Shown here in pieces: positions 56,519 to 64,000 of a stretch of DNA of 64,000 nt (position 1 is its first letter; each line of letters opens with the position of its first letter). The translations under genes were made by a program, and so were the position numbers. Origin of the DNA: an uncultured Deinococcales bacterium (GTDB taxonomy: Bacteria > Deinococcota > Deinococci > Deinococcales > JAAFIG01); the NCBI GenBank assembly GCA_964244895.1, contig CAXTKV010000001.1, positions 810-64,809 of the forward strand, written 5' to 3'. Below the pieces are notes generated by a model. It was not told the origin of the DNA. It worked only from the letters and a program-made list of their open reading frames with translations, and made no database searches.

Positions 56519-57997
56519 ATGATGGATTACGACCAATTGCGATTCGATCTGGAAAACGCGCCCAGCATGAAGCTGTTGCGAAGTCAACACGCACCGCTGA
56601 TCATTGCTTTCCTATACGCACAGTTCAAGAGCTCGCAACACTTGAGCGTGCCATTCGATGATCTCGCATTGCAGCTCGAGCGATTCCTTGAGGTGTTGAA
56701 TGAACAACAGCCCACGGCAAGCCGTTCGGCATCGGCTTACCTCAAAGAGTGGGCGGACGAAGCGCACCGCATCGTTCGTATCACGTCACGCGCTCACGGG
56801 GACTTTGTCGAATTGACCGCCGACGCGGAACGTGCCATTGGCTGGGTCGAAGGATTGTACGGACGCGAGTTCGTCGGTACGGAATCGCGGTTTTTAGCAA
56901 TCTTCAACCTGCTTGAGGAAATCATCGCCCGGAGTACGGCGGATGTCCCAACACGCCTCGAGCAGCTCGAACGGCAAAGGGACTCATTGCAACATGAGAT
57001 TGACTCGATCCGCGCGGCTGGAAGGGTTGAGCCGTTTTCAGACACGCAGATCAGAGAACGGTTCTTTCAGGCCGGAGAGGTCGCGCGCGAACTCGTGCGA
57101 GATTTCGCCGCCGTTGAGCAGAACTTCCGGATGATCGTCAAGGCCTTGCAGGAGCGGCAGGTGCAGCCTGGCACGCGAAAAGGGGCACTGGTTGGCTATG
57201 TCTTAGATGCCGATGAAGAATTGCGCGAATCAGATCAGGGGCGCAGTTTTTATGCCTTTTGGGAATTCCTGATGTCGCCCAGCAAGCAAGACGAACTCTC
57301 CGAGCTGCTCGAACGGGTTTACGCGCTGCCTGTTATCCGCGATGTGGCTCGAGACAACACTTTGCTGCGTCATGTCAGCGGAGCGTTGATCGAGGCGGGT
57401 GGCAAGGTTGTGGGTTCCAACCAGCGGCTGGCTGAGCAATTGCGCCGTTTGCTGGACGAGCACATTCAGGCGGAGCGTCGCCGGGTGCGCGAACTGATCG
57501 AGGACATCAAACGTATTGGTCTGCGTCTAGTGGATGAACAGCAGCCCGTGGTTTTTCTGGAATTGGAAGGTTCTCCTGAAGTCAACATGGTGATGGAAAA
57601 AGCCTTGTGGGAGCCTGGCGTTGCGCCCGTCATTGCGACCCGACCCCTCGAGGGTGACCTCGATTTGACCGAAGCCGACTTTGGCGCGTTGTTCGAGCAA
57701 TTCTCGGTAAGCGAAAAGTGTTTACGCGACCGCGTCGCAACGCTGCTCACAACCCAACCGAGCTGCACCCTGCTGGATGTGCTTGAGCATTTTCCGCTCG
57801 AGCAGGGCTTGGCTGAAGTCATCACGTACATGGCGATCGCCAGCCGGGATGGTCAGCACGAGGTTTCGGAAACGCAGCATGAAAAGATCTTCTTGCAATC
57901 TGCACCGTTTGGGGATGATCTTGAACGAAACAGCTCGAGTTCACATCGGCAGGTCAGTGTTCCCAAAATCACCTTTAGGAGTTTAGATGCCCGTTGA
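56519..57997 (+). CDS. jetA: Wadjet JetA (DUF3375, kleisin-like subunit)
   Basis: 492 aa. MMDYDQLRFDLENAPSMKLLRSQHAPLIIAFLYAQFK.. matches the DUF3375 N-terminus as I recall it. It is the first gene of a four-gene overlapping operon. Confidence 0.88.
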   Translation: MMDYDQLRFDLENAPSMKLLRSQHAPLIIAFLYAQFKSSQHLSVPFDDLALQLERFLEVLNEQQPTASRSASAYLKEWADEAHRIVRITSRAHGDFVELTADAERAIGWVEGLYGREFVGTESRFLAIFNLLEEIIARSTADVPTRLEQLERQRDSLQHEIDSIRAAGRVEPFSDTQIRERFFQAGEVARELVRDFAAVEQNFRMIVKALQERQVQPGTRKGALVGYVLDADEELRESDQGRSFYAFWEFLMSPSKQDELSELLERVYALPVIRDVARDNTLLRHVSGALIEAGGKVVGSNQRLAEQLRRLLDEHIQAERRRVRELIEDIKRIGLRLVDEQQPVVFLELEGSPEVNMVMEKALWEPGVAPVIATRPLEGDLDLTEADFGALFEQFSVSEKCLRDRVATLLTTQPSCTLLDVLEHFPLEQGLAEVITYMAIASRDGQHEVSETQHEKIFLQSAPFGDDLERNSSSSHRQVSVPKITFRSLDAR

Positions 57998-58577
57998 CCT
58001 TCCCGTCCCACACGCGAGTGCAATGATTCGCTTACTTCAAGGCGCGATCTTCAGCGACGATGCGAACGCTTGGAATCTTTTACTGGCACACCAGAGGGCG
58101 GTGCAGAATGACTTCGCTCGGATTGGTTTGGAATTGTACCTGAACGAACCCGATGGCTTCGCGTTTGTGCGCCAACCTGAACCCGAGGATGCCGAAAGCA
58201 CCCTGCCGCGTCTGACCCGGCGCGACCGCCTGAGCTATCATGTCACGCTGCTATGCGTGTTGTTGCGAGAACGACTCGAGCAGTTCGAGGCAAGTACACC
58301 AGAATCGGATCGGTTGCTGGTTTCGCAGGACGAGTTGCGCGACCTCTTGCGTTCCTTCTTGCCGGAGCGCAACGATGAGCGTGCACTCAACAAGAAGCTC
58401 GACGAGACCGTCAACCGCGTTTTAGAGTTGGGCTTCCTCAAACGCTCGAGCGGCTCGTCGGGTTTGCTCGAGGTGCGGCGCATCATCAAAGCACGGATTG
58501 ATTCAGAGCGTTTGGCAGAAATCAAAGGCAAGCTCGAGTCGGTGCGCGAAGATGAAGGTTCCCCCGATGCTGTTTGA
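57987..58577 (+). CDS. jetB: Wadjet JetB (DUF4194, KITE-like subunit)
   Basis: 196 aa. It contains ..IRLLQGAIFSDDANAWNLLLAHQRAVQNDFARIGLELYLNEPDGFAFVRQ.. and overlaps jetA by 11 nt. Confidence 0.88.
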   Translation: MPVDLPVPHASAMIRLLQGAIFSDDANAWNLLLAHQRAVQNDFARIGLELYLNEPDGFAFVRQPEPEDAESTLPRLTRRDRLSYHVTLLCVLLRERLEQFEASTPESDRLLVSQDELRDLLRSFLPERNDERALNKKLDETVNRVLELGFLKRSSGSSGLLEVRRIIKARIDSERLAEIKGKLESVREDEGSPDAV

Positions 58578-61500
58578 GTCTGAGAACCGACTCAGGGACG
58601 GCTTTCGCCTCGAGACCCTCGAGGTTTTCAACTGGGGAACTTTCAACCGTCGCGTTTGGACGCTCGAGATGCAGTCAGGGACGGCACTCCTGACTGGAGA
58701 GAACGGTTCGGGGAAATCCACTCTTGTGGACGCGCTCTTGACCCTGCTCGTACCGGGCCGAATCCGGCATTACAACCAAGCGTCCGGCGCGTCTGGCAAA
58801 CGCGAGCGTGACGAGAGAAGCTATGTTCTGGGCGCGTACAAACGCACGACGGACACGGATTCCGCAGGCAGCAGCGTGTGTTACTTGCGCGGCAAGGACA
58901 CGTACAGCGTGCTGCTGGCGCGTTTTACGAACGAGGCTTTAAAACAGACCGTGACCTTGGCGCAGGTCTTCTACTGGAGCAGGGACGACGAATTGGATAA
59001 ATTCCACGTCGTCGCCCCACAAGCCCTCTCGATTCACGAGCATTTCACCGTCCAGACTGGGTTGGACGAACTCAGGAAGCGTTTGCGCGGGCTGGGTTTG
59101 GGTGTTTACGACGAATTCAGCAAATACAGCCGCGACTTTTTGAAGCGCTTCGGTCTGCGTTCGGACAAGGCGCTCGACCTTTTCAACCAGACCGTCTCGA
59201 TCAAGGAGATCGGCGGGCTGAACGATTTCGTGCGCCAACACATGCTCGAGAAAACCAATGCCAGCGAACAGATCGCGGCGCTGCGCGAGAACTACGAAAA
59301 CCTGACCCGAGCGCACGACGCGATCCTCAAAGCTCAGCAGCAAATCACGCGCCTCGAACCGCTGCTTGGGCAAACCGAGCAGCACGATCAACTTCAATAC
59401 CGTATCGCGGAAACCGAGCAGAGCGCCGAAGCCGCACCGTTCTTTTTTGCAGCACGAAAACTCGCGTTGCTCGAGGGGGATTTAAACGCTGCCGCGCTAG
59501 AACTTGCTGTAGTTCAGAGCAACCGCGATGACATCGCCATGCGCCTCAAGCAACTCCGTGCAGACGAGTACATTCTACGTGACGCGCTACGTCAGGACAG
59601 CGCCGGGCAACAGCTCGAGAAGTTACGGATTGAACTCGAGTACGTCAAGAAGGAGTCTGGTCGCAAACGAGGGAATGCACTGCATTACGATCAGACCGCC
59701 CGACGCTTGAACGTGGCTCCGCTCAACAGCGAAACTGAGTTCCACGCCACCGCGCAACAACTCCCGAGCGAACTCGATGCGTGCGCAGTACAGCTCGAGG
59801 CGTTGACCCGTGATCGTGACGCTCTGATTTCGCAGAAGGACCGACTCGAGGTCGAGTTCACCCGCGCCCGCCAGGAACTCGATTCCCTCCAGAGGCGCAC
59901 GAGTCAGGTTCCGCTCGAGGACGTACGGCTCCGCGAGGATATCGCTCGGGCGCTCAATCTGAACGAGGCTGACATGCCGTTCATCGGTGAATTGCTGCGC
60001 GTGCGGTTGGATGCCCGAGATTGGGAGCCTGTCATCGAACGGTTGCTGCGCAGCTACGGTCGGCAGTTGCTCGTACCAGAAGCGCATTACCGCTCCGTCA
60101 GCGCACACGTGAACGACGTAAACTTGCGCGGACGGCTCGTGTACCACCGCGTCCCGGATCGCGCCGACTCTTCGCGGAGAAAGCCAGTGACCCCAGATGC
60201 ACTGGTCGCCAAGCTCGAGGTCAAACCAGATCATCCTTTGCGCGATTGGTTGATCGCCGACCTGGAAGATCGCTGGGACTACGTGTGTTGCGAGTCGTTA
60301 GAACGCTTCGCTCGAGAACCCAGGGCGATCACCCTGAGCGGGCAGGTCAGGCACAACCAGACGCGTCATGAGAAAGACGACCGCAACACGCTCGGGAATC
60401 GCGCACAATACGTTCTCGGTTGGGACAACCGCGACAAGGTTCGCGTGCTTCAGGAGCAACTCGGTGAACTTGGGCAAAGGATCAGCGCGGTACAACAACA
60501 AATTGGTAGCATCGAAACCGAACAGAAAGCCATTCAGAACCGCGACAAGTACCTGCGGGAACTGCTCAAATTCGAGCTGTACACCGACCTCGATTGGCGC
60601 ACCGAGGAGCGCCGAGCCGAGGAACTCGAGGCGCAACGCCAAGCGCTCACCGCAACAGCGGAGAATCTCCAGCGCATAGAGCGGCAACTCGAGCAGTGCC
60701 AAGCGGATATTGAGAGCGCAGCGAACGCGCAAAAGCACTTGGATGGCGAGATTGGCAAGATCCAAGGGCAAAAAGAAAATTTCGAGCGGCAAAAGCAGAT
60801 CAGCCAAGGATTCCTCGAGACGACAGAAGCTGAGGTTTGGCACGCCCACAGCGCCCGCATCGAGTCCGAGGTGGTAGGTCGTGACGTGACGCTCGAGACG
60901 CTCGACTCGCTTCGGACAGAGATTGAAAGGCGGTTGAACAACAGCGCCAACACGCTCAAAGGTCAAGCCAACAAACTTACCGAGAGCATCGTCCTCAGGA
61001 TGAACGATTTTCGCCGCGATTACCCAGCCGACACCGCCGACATGGATGCCAGCGTAGACGCCGCCCCCGAGTACCGACGAATGCTCGAGCGGCTGACGAG
61101 CGATGACCTGCCCACCTACCAAAAGCGCTTCAAAGAATGGATGGAGGGCAAGGCGACCGATTCCATCGTCGGCTTTCAAGGCACGCTCGAAACGCAGGAA
61201 AAAGCGATCCGCACGAGTGTTGACGCACTGGACGAATCATTGCACAGCATTGACTACACGCCCGCCACATACATTCACCTGCGCGCCGAACGAAACCGCG
61301 ACAAGGAAATCACCGAATTCCGGCAACTGCTGCGCGCCTGCATTCCCGACGTGGGACGGCGCACGCCCGAAGCGAACGAGCAGGGGTTTTTGCGGATTCG
61401 CGCTTTGATCGCACGTTTTGAAACCGAGGCGCGCTGGACCGCTAAGGTCACCGATGTCCGCAACTGGCTCGAGTTTGCGGCGGAGGAACGCTACCGCGAG

Positions 61501-61899
61501 GACGATACGCAAAAAGCGTACTACTCGGACTCGAGCGGCAAGTCCGGTGGGCAGAAAGCCAAGCTCGCGTACACGATCCTGGCTTCAGCCATCGCCTACC
61601 AGTACGGTCTGGATCAAGATGAACACCGCGCAAAGGCTTTTCGCTTGGTGATCGTGGATGAGGCGTTCAGCAAGTCCGACGAGCAGAACGCGCGTTACGC
61701 GATGCAGCTGTTTGAGCAATTGCAACTTCAATTGCTGGTGATCACGCCCCTCGACAAAACACACGTGGTCGAGCCGTTCATCTCGTCCTGCCATTTCGTC
61801 AACAACACACCTGAGGAGGACGACTCGAAGGTCTTCAACTTGAGCATCGAAGCGTATCAGCAGCGTAAACAAAGCCTTTACACGGTAAACAAGGCGTGA
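58567..61899 (+). CDS. jetC: Wadjet JetC (SMC-like ABC ATPase)
   Basis: ORF 58498..61899. The start is ATG 58567 (MLFESENRLRDGFRLETLEVFNWGTF) or ATG 58552. Walker A is GENGSGKSTLVDAL. A long coiled-coil middle region is followed by the signature-like SGGQKAKLAY and Walker B FRLVIVDEAFSKSD. Confidence 0.9.
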   Translation: MLFESENRLRDGFRLETLEVFNWGTFNRRVWTLEMQSGTALLTGENGSGKSTLVDALLTLLVPGRIRHYNQASGASGKRERDERSYVLGAYKRTTDTDSAGSSVCYLRGKDTYSVLLARFTNEALKQTVTLAQVFYWSRDDELDKFHVVAPQALSIHEHFTVQTGLDELRKRLRGLGLGVYDEFSKYSRDFLKRFGLRSDKALDLFNQTVSIKEIGGLNDFVRQHMLEKTNASEQIAALRENYENLTRAHDAILKAQQQITRLEPLLGQTEQHDQLQYRIAETEQSAEAAPFFFAARKLALLEGDLNAAALELAVVQSNRDDIAMRLKQLRADEYILRDALRQDSAGQQLEKLRIELEYVKKESGRKRGNALHYDQTARRLNVAPLNSETEFHATAQQLPSELDACAVQLEALTRDRDALISQKDRLEVEFTRARQELDSLQRRTSQVPLEDVRLREDIARALNLNEADMPFIGELLRVRLDARDWEPVIERLLRSYGRQLLVPEAHYRSVSAHVNDVNLRGRLVYHRVPDRADSSRRKPVTPDALVAKLEVKPDHPLRDWLIADLEDRWDYVCCESLERFAREPRAITLSGQVRHNQTRHEKDDRNTLGNRAQYVLGWDNRDKVRVLQEQLGELGQRISAVQQQIGSIETEQKAIQNRDKYLRELLKFELYTDLDWRTEERRAEELEAQRQALTATAENLQRIERQLEQCQADIESAANAQKHLDGEIGKIQGQKENFERQKQISQGFLETTEAEVWHAHSARIESEVVGRDVTLETLDSLRTEIERRLNNSANTLKGQANKLTESIVLRMNDFRRDYPADTADMDASVDAAPEYRRMLERLTSDDLPTYQKRFKEWMEGKATDSIVGFQGTLETQEKAIRTSVDALDESLHSIDYTPATYIHLRAERNRDKEITEFRQLLRACIPDVGRRTPEANEQGFLRIRALIARFETEARWTAKVTDVRNWLEFAAEERYREDDTQKAYYSDSSGKSGGQKAKLAYTILASAIAYQYGLDQDEHRAKAFRLVIVDEAFSKSDEQNARYAMQLFEQLQLQLLVITPLDKTHVVEPFISSCHFVNNTPEEDDSKVFNLSIEAYQQRKQSLYTVNKA

Positions 61900-63046
61900 T
61901 TACACCCTCGGAAATTGAAGCCAAAGCGCGTCGCATGTACCCGGTGTTCCTGCGGGCATGGCTGCGCGACGAGGCATTCACGCCGATCACCCTGCCCGTC
62001 GGAAAGCTGCCCGACGGGTATCTCGAGCTGCACGCGACAGTGAGCCGATTGCTCCAGGGTGAACGGCGCAGGCAAGATGCGGGCTACCGCGTCGAATCCC
62101 AAACCCGTCAAACCCGCGTACACGGATCGCAAACGCTGCCCGCGCGGGTCGTCATCGGCACACCTGAAGACCTGCTCGCCCTTGCTGGGAAGCGCCCGGA
62201 ATTCGAGGCATTCCAGCGCGATATCGCCCTGATCCGGCGTGAGCAACCCGCGCTCGAAGCGTGGCTCGAGGCGAACGTGACGAGCGTGATCGCGCATCAC
62301 GGCGTTTGGCTGGAATTGCTGCGCGTTTGCACGTACTTTCAAACGAACCCGCGCCCAAATCAGTATGCTCGAGCGCTGCCGATTGCAGTCCACACGAAAT
62401 TCATTGAGGGTCACACCGGGATTCTGCGCCGTCTGCTTGACGCGCTCCTGCCACCAGAAGCGATCCGCGCCGAGGAATCCTCCTTTGAGCGGCGTTTCGG
62501 GTTCGCGAGGACGAACCGCTCGTGCGGTCGCGGTTGCTTGATCCTGAGCTTCACCACCGATTCGGTTTGAACCTGCGCGACGTGAGCCTGCCCGTGAGCG
62601 AATTCGTGAATCTCGAGTGGCGCGGCGTGCGCTGCCTCATTGTGGAAAATAAGAAAACCTTCTTGACGTTGCCGTTCCTGCCCGACACAGTGGGCGTCTT
62701 TGGCAGCGGTTTCGGGGTTGAACTGCTCACGTCCGCCACCTGGCTTCAGGACTGCCCGATCCTGTACTGGGGCGACCTAGACGCACACGGTTTCGAGATT
62801 CTCTCGAAACTCCGCTCGAGTTTCCCCCAGACAGTTTCCGTGATGATGGACGCCGCGACTCTCGAGCAATTTAGGATGTTCATCGTGCCAGGAACGCCCT
62901 CCGCAACGCGTTCGCTGCCGCACTTGAAGCCTACTGAACACGAGGTCTTTGCTCGGCTCGCGCAATCCAGCCAGCGGCTCGAGCAGGAGCGCCTCGATCA
63001 CGCTTATGTCGTTGAGCGGCTCGGTTCTTTGATAAACGCGCTTTGA
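61896..63046 (+). pseudogene. jetD: Wadjet JetD (DUF3322 + Toprim/DUF2220 nuclease subunit) interrupted by a frameshift
   Basis: The gene reads as two ORFs in different frames, 61896..62570 (frame 0, starts ITPSEIEAKARRMYPVFLRAWL) and 62522..63046 (frame 2, contains YWGDLDAHGFEIL). Frame 2 is open from 62489. Joining ..SSFERRFGF with (R)EDEPLVRSRLLDPEL.. restores a protein of about 383 aa, the normal JetD length. Confidence 0.85.
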
Positions 63047-63197
63047 GGACTTGAACGGGTTTTTCAAAGTTGCGCCTTTACTCCAGCTCACACGACGGGA
63101 AACAGCGTCCGCTCGAGCAAGCAGACAATCCTCACCGTGTCCAGCGTGAACGAGGTCTGAAAACCCTTGAATTTCTCGATTTGAATGGTTTTGATCT

Positions 63198-64000
63198 TCA
63201 CGCGCCGTTACCCGTTTCACCCTCAGCGCCATCGCCCGAGAGCAGCGCCTCGAGTTGCGCCACGCTCGGCAGCGTCCCCTCGAGTTCTGCAGGCAGTGCC
63301 TGGGACAGATCAAAGCTGGAGATGCCCATTGGTTGCGCTATGCCGCGCAGCGCGTACTCCACATCCGTGCGGTCGCGGTCCTTGCACAACACGATCCCGA
63401 TGCTCGGCGCATCACCGGGTGAGCGCAGCAGATCGTCCACGGCGGACAGGTAGAAGTTCATCTTGCCCGCGTACTCGGGTTTGAACTCCGTCATTTTCAA
63501 GTCAATCACCACGAAGCAGTGCAAGCGGTAATGGTAAAAAAGCAAGTCCAGGAAATCGTCTTTGCCATTGACCTCTATGTGATGCTGGCTACCGATGAAC
63601 GCGAAGCCCGCGCCTAACTCGAGCAGAAAGTTCTTGAGGTGCGCGATCAGCCCGCGCTCGAGGTCGCGCTCATGGGCTTCATCTCCCAGTGACAAAAAGT
63701 CGAAGTTGTACGGGTCTTTGAGGATCTGCGCGGCGAGTTCAGATTGCGGCGCGGGCAGGGCGCGGTCAAAGTTGTGAACCGCTCTGCCTTGACGCTCCAT
63801 CAAGCGCGTGGCGATTTGCGCCTCGAGGATCACCCGCGACCAGCCGTTCTGGATGCACGCTTTGGCGTACCACTCGCGCGACTCGAGGGAATCCAGCTTG
63901 TCCAGCAGGCGCACGTTGTGACCCCACGGCAATTGTCCAACAACCTGTTGGACAATTGCCTCGTCTGGGTACGCCTCGGCAAACGCTCTCATGTACAACA
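63198..64000 (-). CDS. DUF1016 (YhcG-like) PDDEXK-family nuclease, N-terminus outside the window
   Basis: It contains ..YAKACIQNGWSRVILEAQIATRLMERQG..LKDPYNFDFL..ERDLERGLIAHLKNFLLELGAGFAFIGSQHHIEV..DLLFYHYRLHCFVVIDLKMTEFKPEYAGKMNFYL.. The D..(D/E)xK core is visible. The reading frame stays open to base 64000. Confidence 0.85.
   Translation of the reverse strand, partial: LYMRAFAEAYPDEAIVQQVVGQLPWGHNVRLLDKLDSLESREWYAKACIQNGWSRVILEAQIATRLMERQGRAVHNFDRALPAPQSELAAQILKDPYNFDFLSLGDEAHERDLERGLIAHLKNFLLELGAGFAFIGSQHHIEVNGKDDFLDLLFYHYRLHCFVVIDLKMTEFKPEYAGKMNFYLSAVDDLLRSPGDAPSIGIVLCKDRDRTDVEYALRGIAQPMGISSFDLSQALPAELEGTLPSVAQLEALLSGDGAEGETGNGA

Larger units (their letters stand above)
55953..64000. mobile_element. 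Candidate genomic (defence) island, right end outside the window
   Basis: The left edge is the tRNA-Pro 3' fragment. GC is visibly lower (low-to-mid 50s % by eye). There are no IR-family repeats despite about 1.4 kb of non-coding DNA. The cargo is jetABCD plus a DUF1016 nuclease. No integrase lies within the window. Confidence 0.45.

Noticed and set aside
55270-56590. Short ORFs in the gap before jetA (55270..55635, 55338..55766, 55723..55986, 56134..56481 and others)
   Set aside because: They overlap one another in several frames, have Cys/Arg/Ser-rich or otherwise noise-like products, and have no RBS or family resemblance.
59623-61179. Minus-strand ORFs 59623..60234 and 60298..61179 inside jetC
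   Set aside because: They are antisense to the JetC coiled-coil region, and JetC is continuous with ATPase motifs at both ends.
55953-64000. Integrase, transposase or prophage genes that would prove mobility of the island
   Set aside because: None is recognisable in the window. The island call therefore rests only on the tRNA fragment, the composition and the absence of repeats, and it is given modest confidence.

Overview
This is a chromosomal segment from a high-GC bacterium, roughly 63-65% GC by eye. An archaeal-type ProRS, lipoprotein-rich surface genes and dense small non-coding repeats suggest Deinococcus-Thermus, but that is a low-confidence inference. From 1 to about 55.2 kb the window holds housekeeping and sensory genes: pgm, proS, rpsA, an XPB-like helicase with a Bax1/DUF790 nuclease, a multi-GAF histidine kinase, a cell-surface lipoprotein cluster, an ABC-2 exporter, glpX, a TPR-CHAT protease, a GGDEF-EAL protein, pnp-rpsO, tRNA-Leu, a CheB/CheR-histidine kinase hybrid and a large STAND/SARP regulator. 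Almost every intergenic gap in this part carries a copy of one long palindromic repeat family built on AACACCGTCCAGCACGC / GCGTGCTGGACGGTGTT. I found at least 25 loci, some flanked by 7-bp tandem arrays. From about 55.95 kb to the window end the sequence has lower GC and no copies of that repeat. This stretch starts at a tRNA-Pro-like 3' fragment and carries a complete type I Wadjet (jetABCD) anti-plasmid operon plus a DUF1016/PDDEXK nuclease gene. jetD is split by a frameshift. CTCGAG is more than 10-fold over-represented across the whole window, in coding and non-coding DNA alike. I found no CRISPR array, integrase or transposase. Wadjet is the clearest defence system here, but it is already described. 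The repeat family, the CTCGAG signature, an AT-rich orphan gene and several unusual domain architectures are the less-explained signals. All homology calls rest on my reading of motifs, not on database searches.
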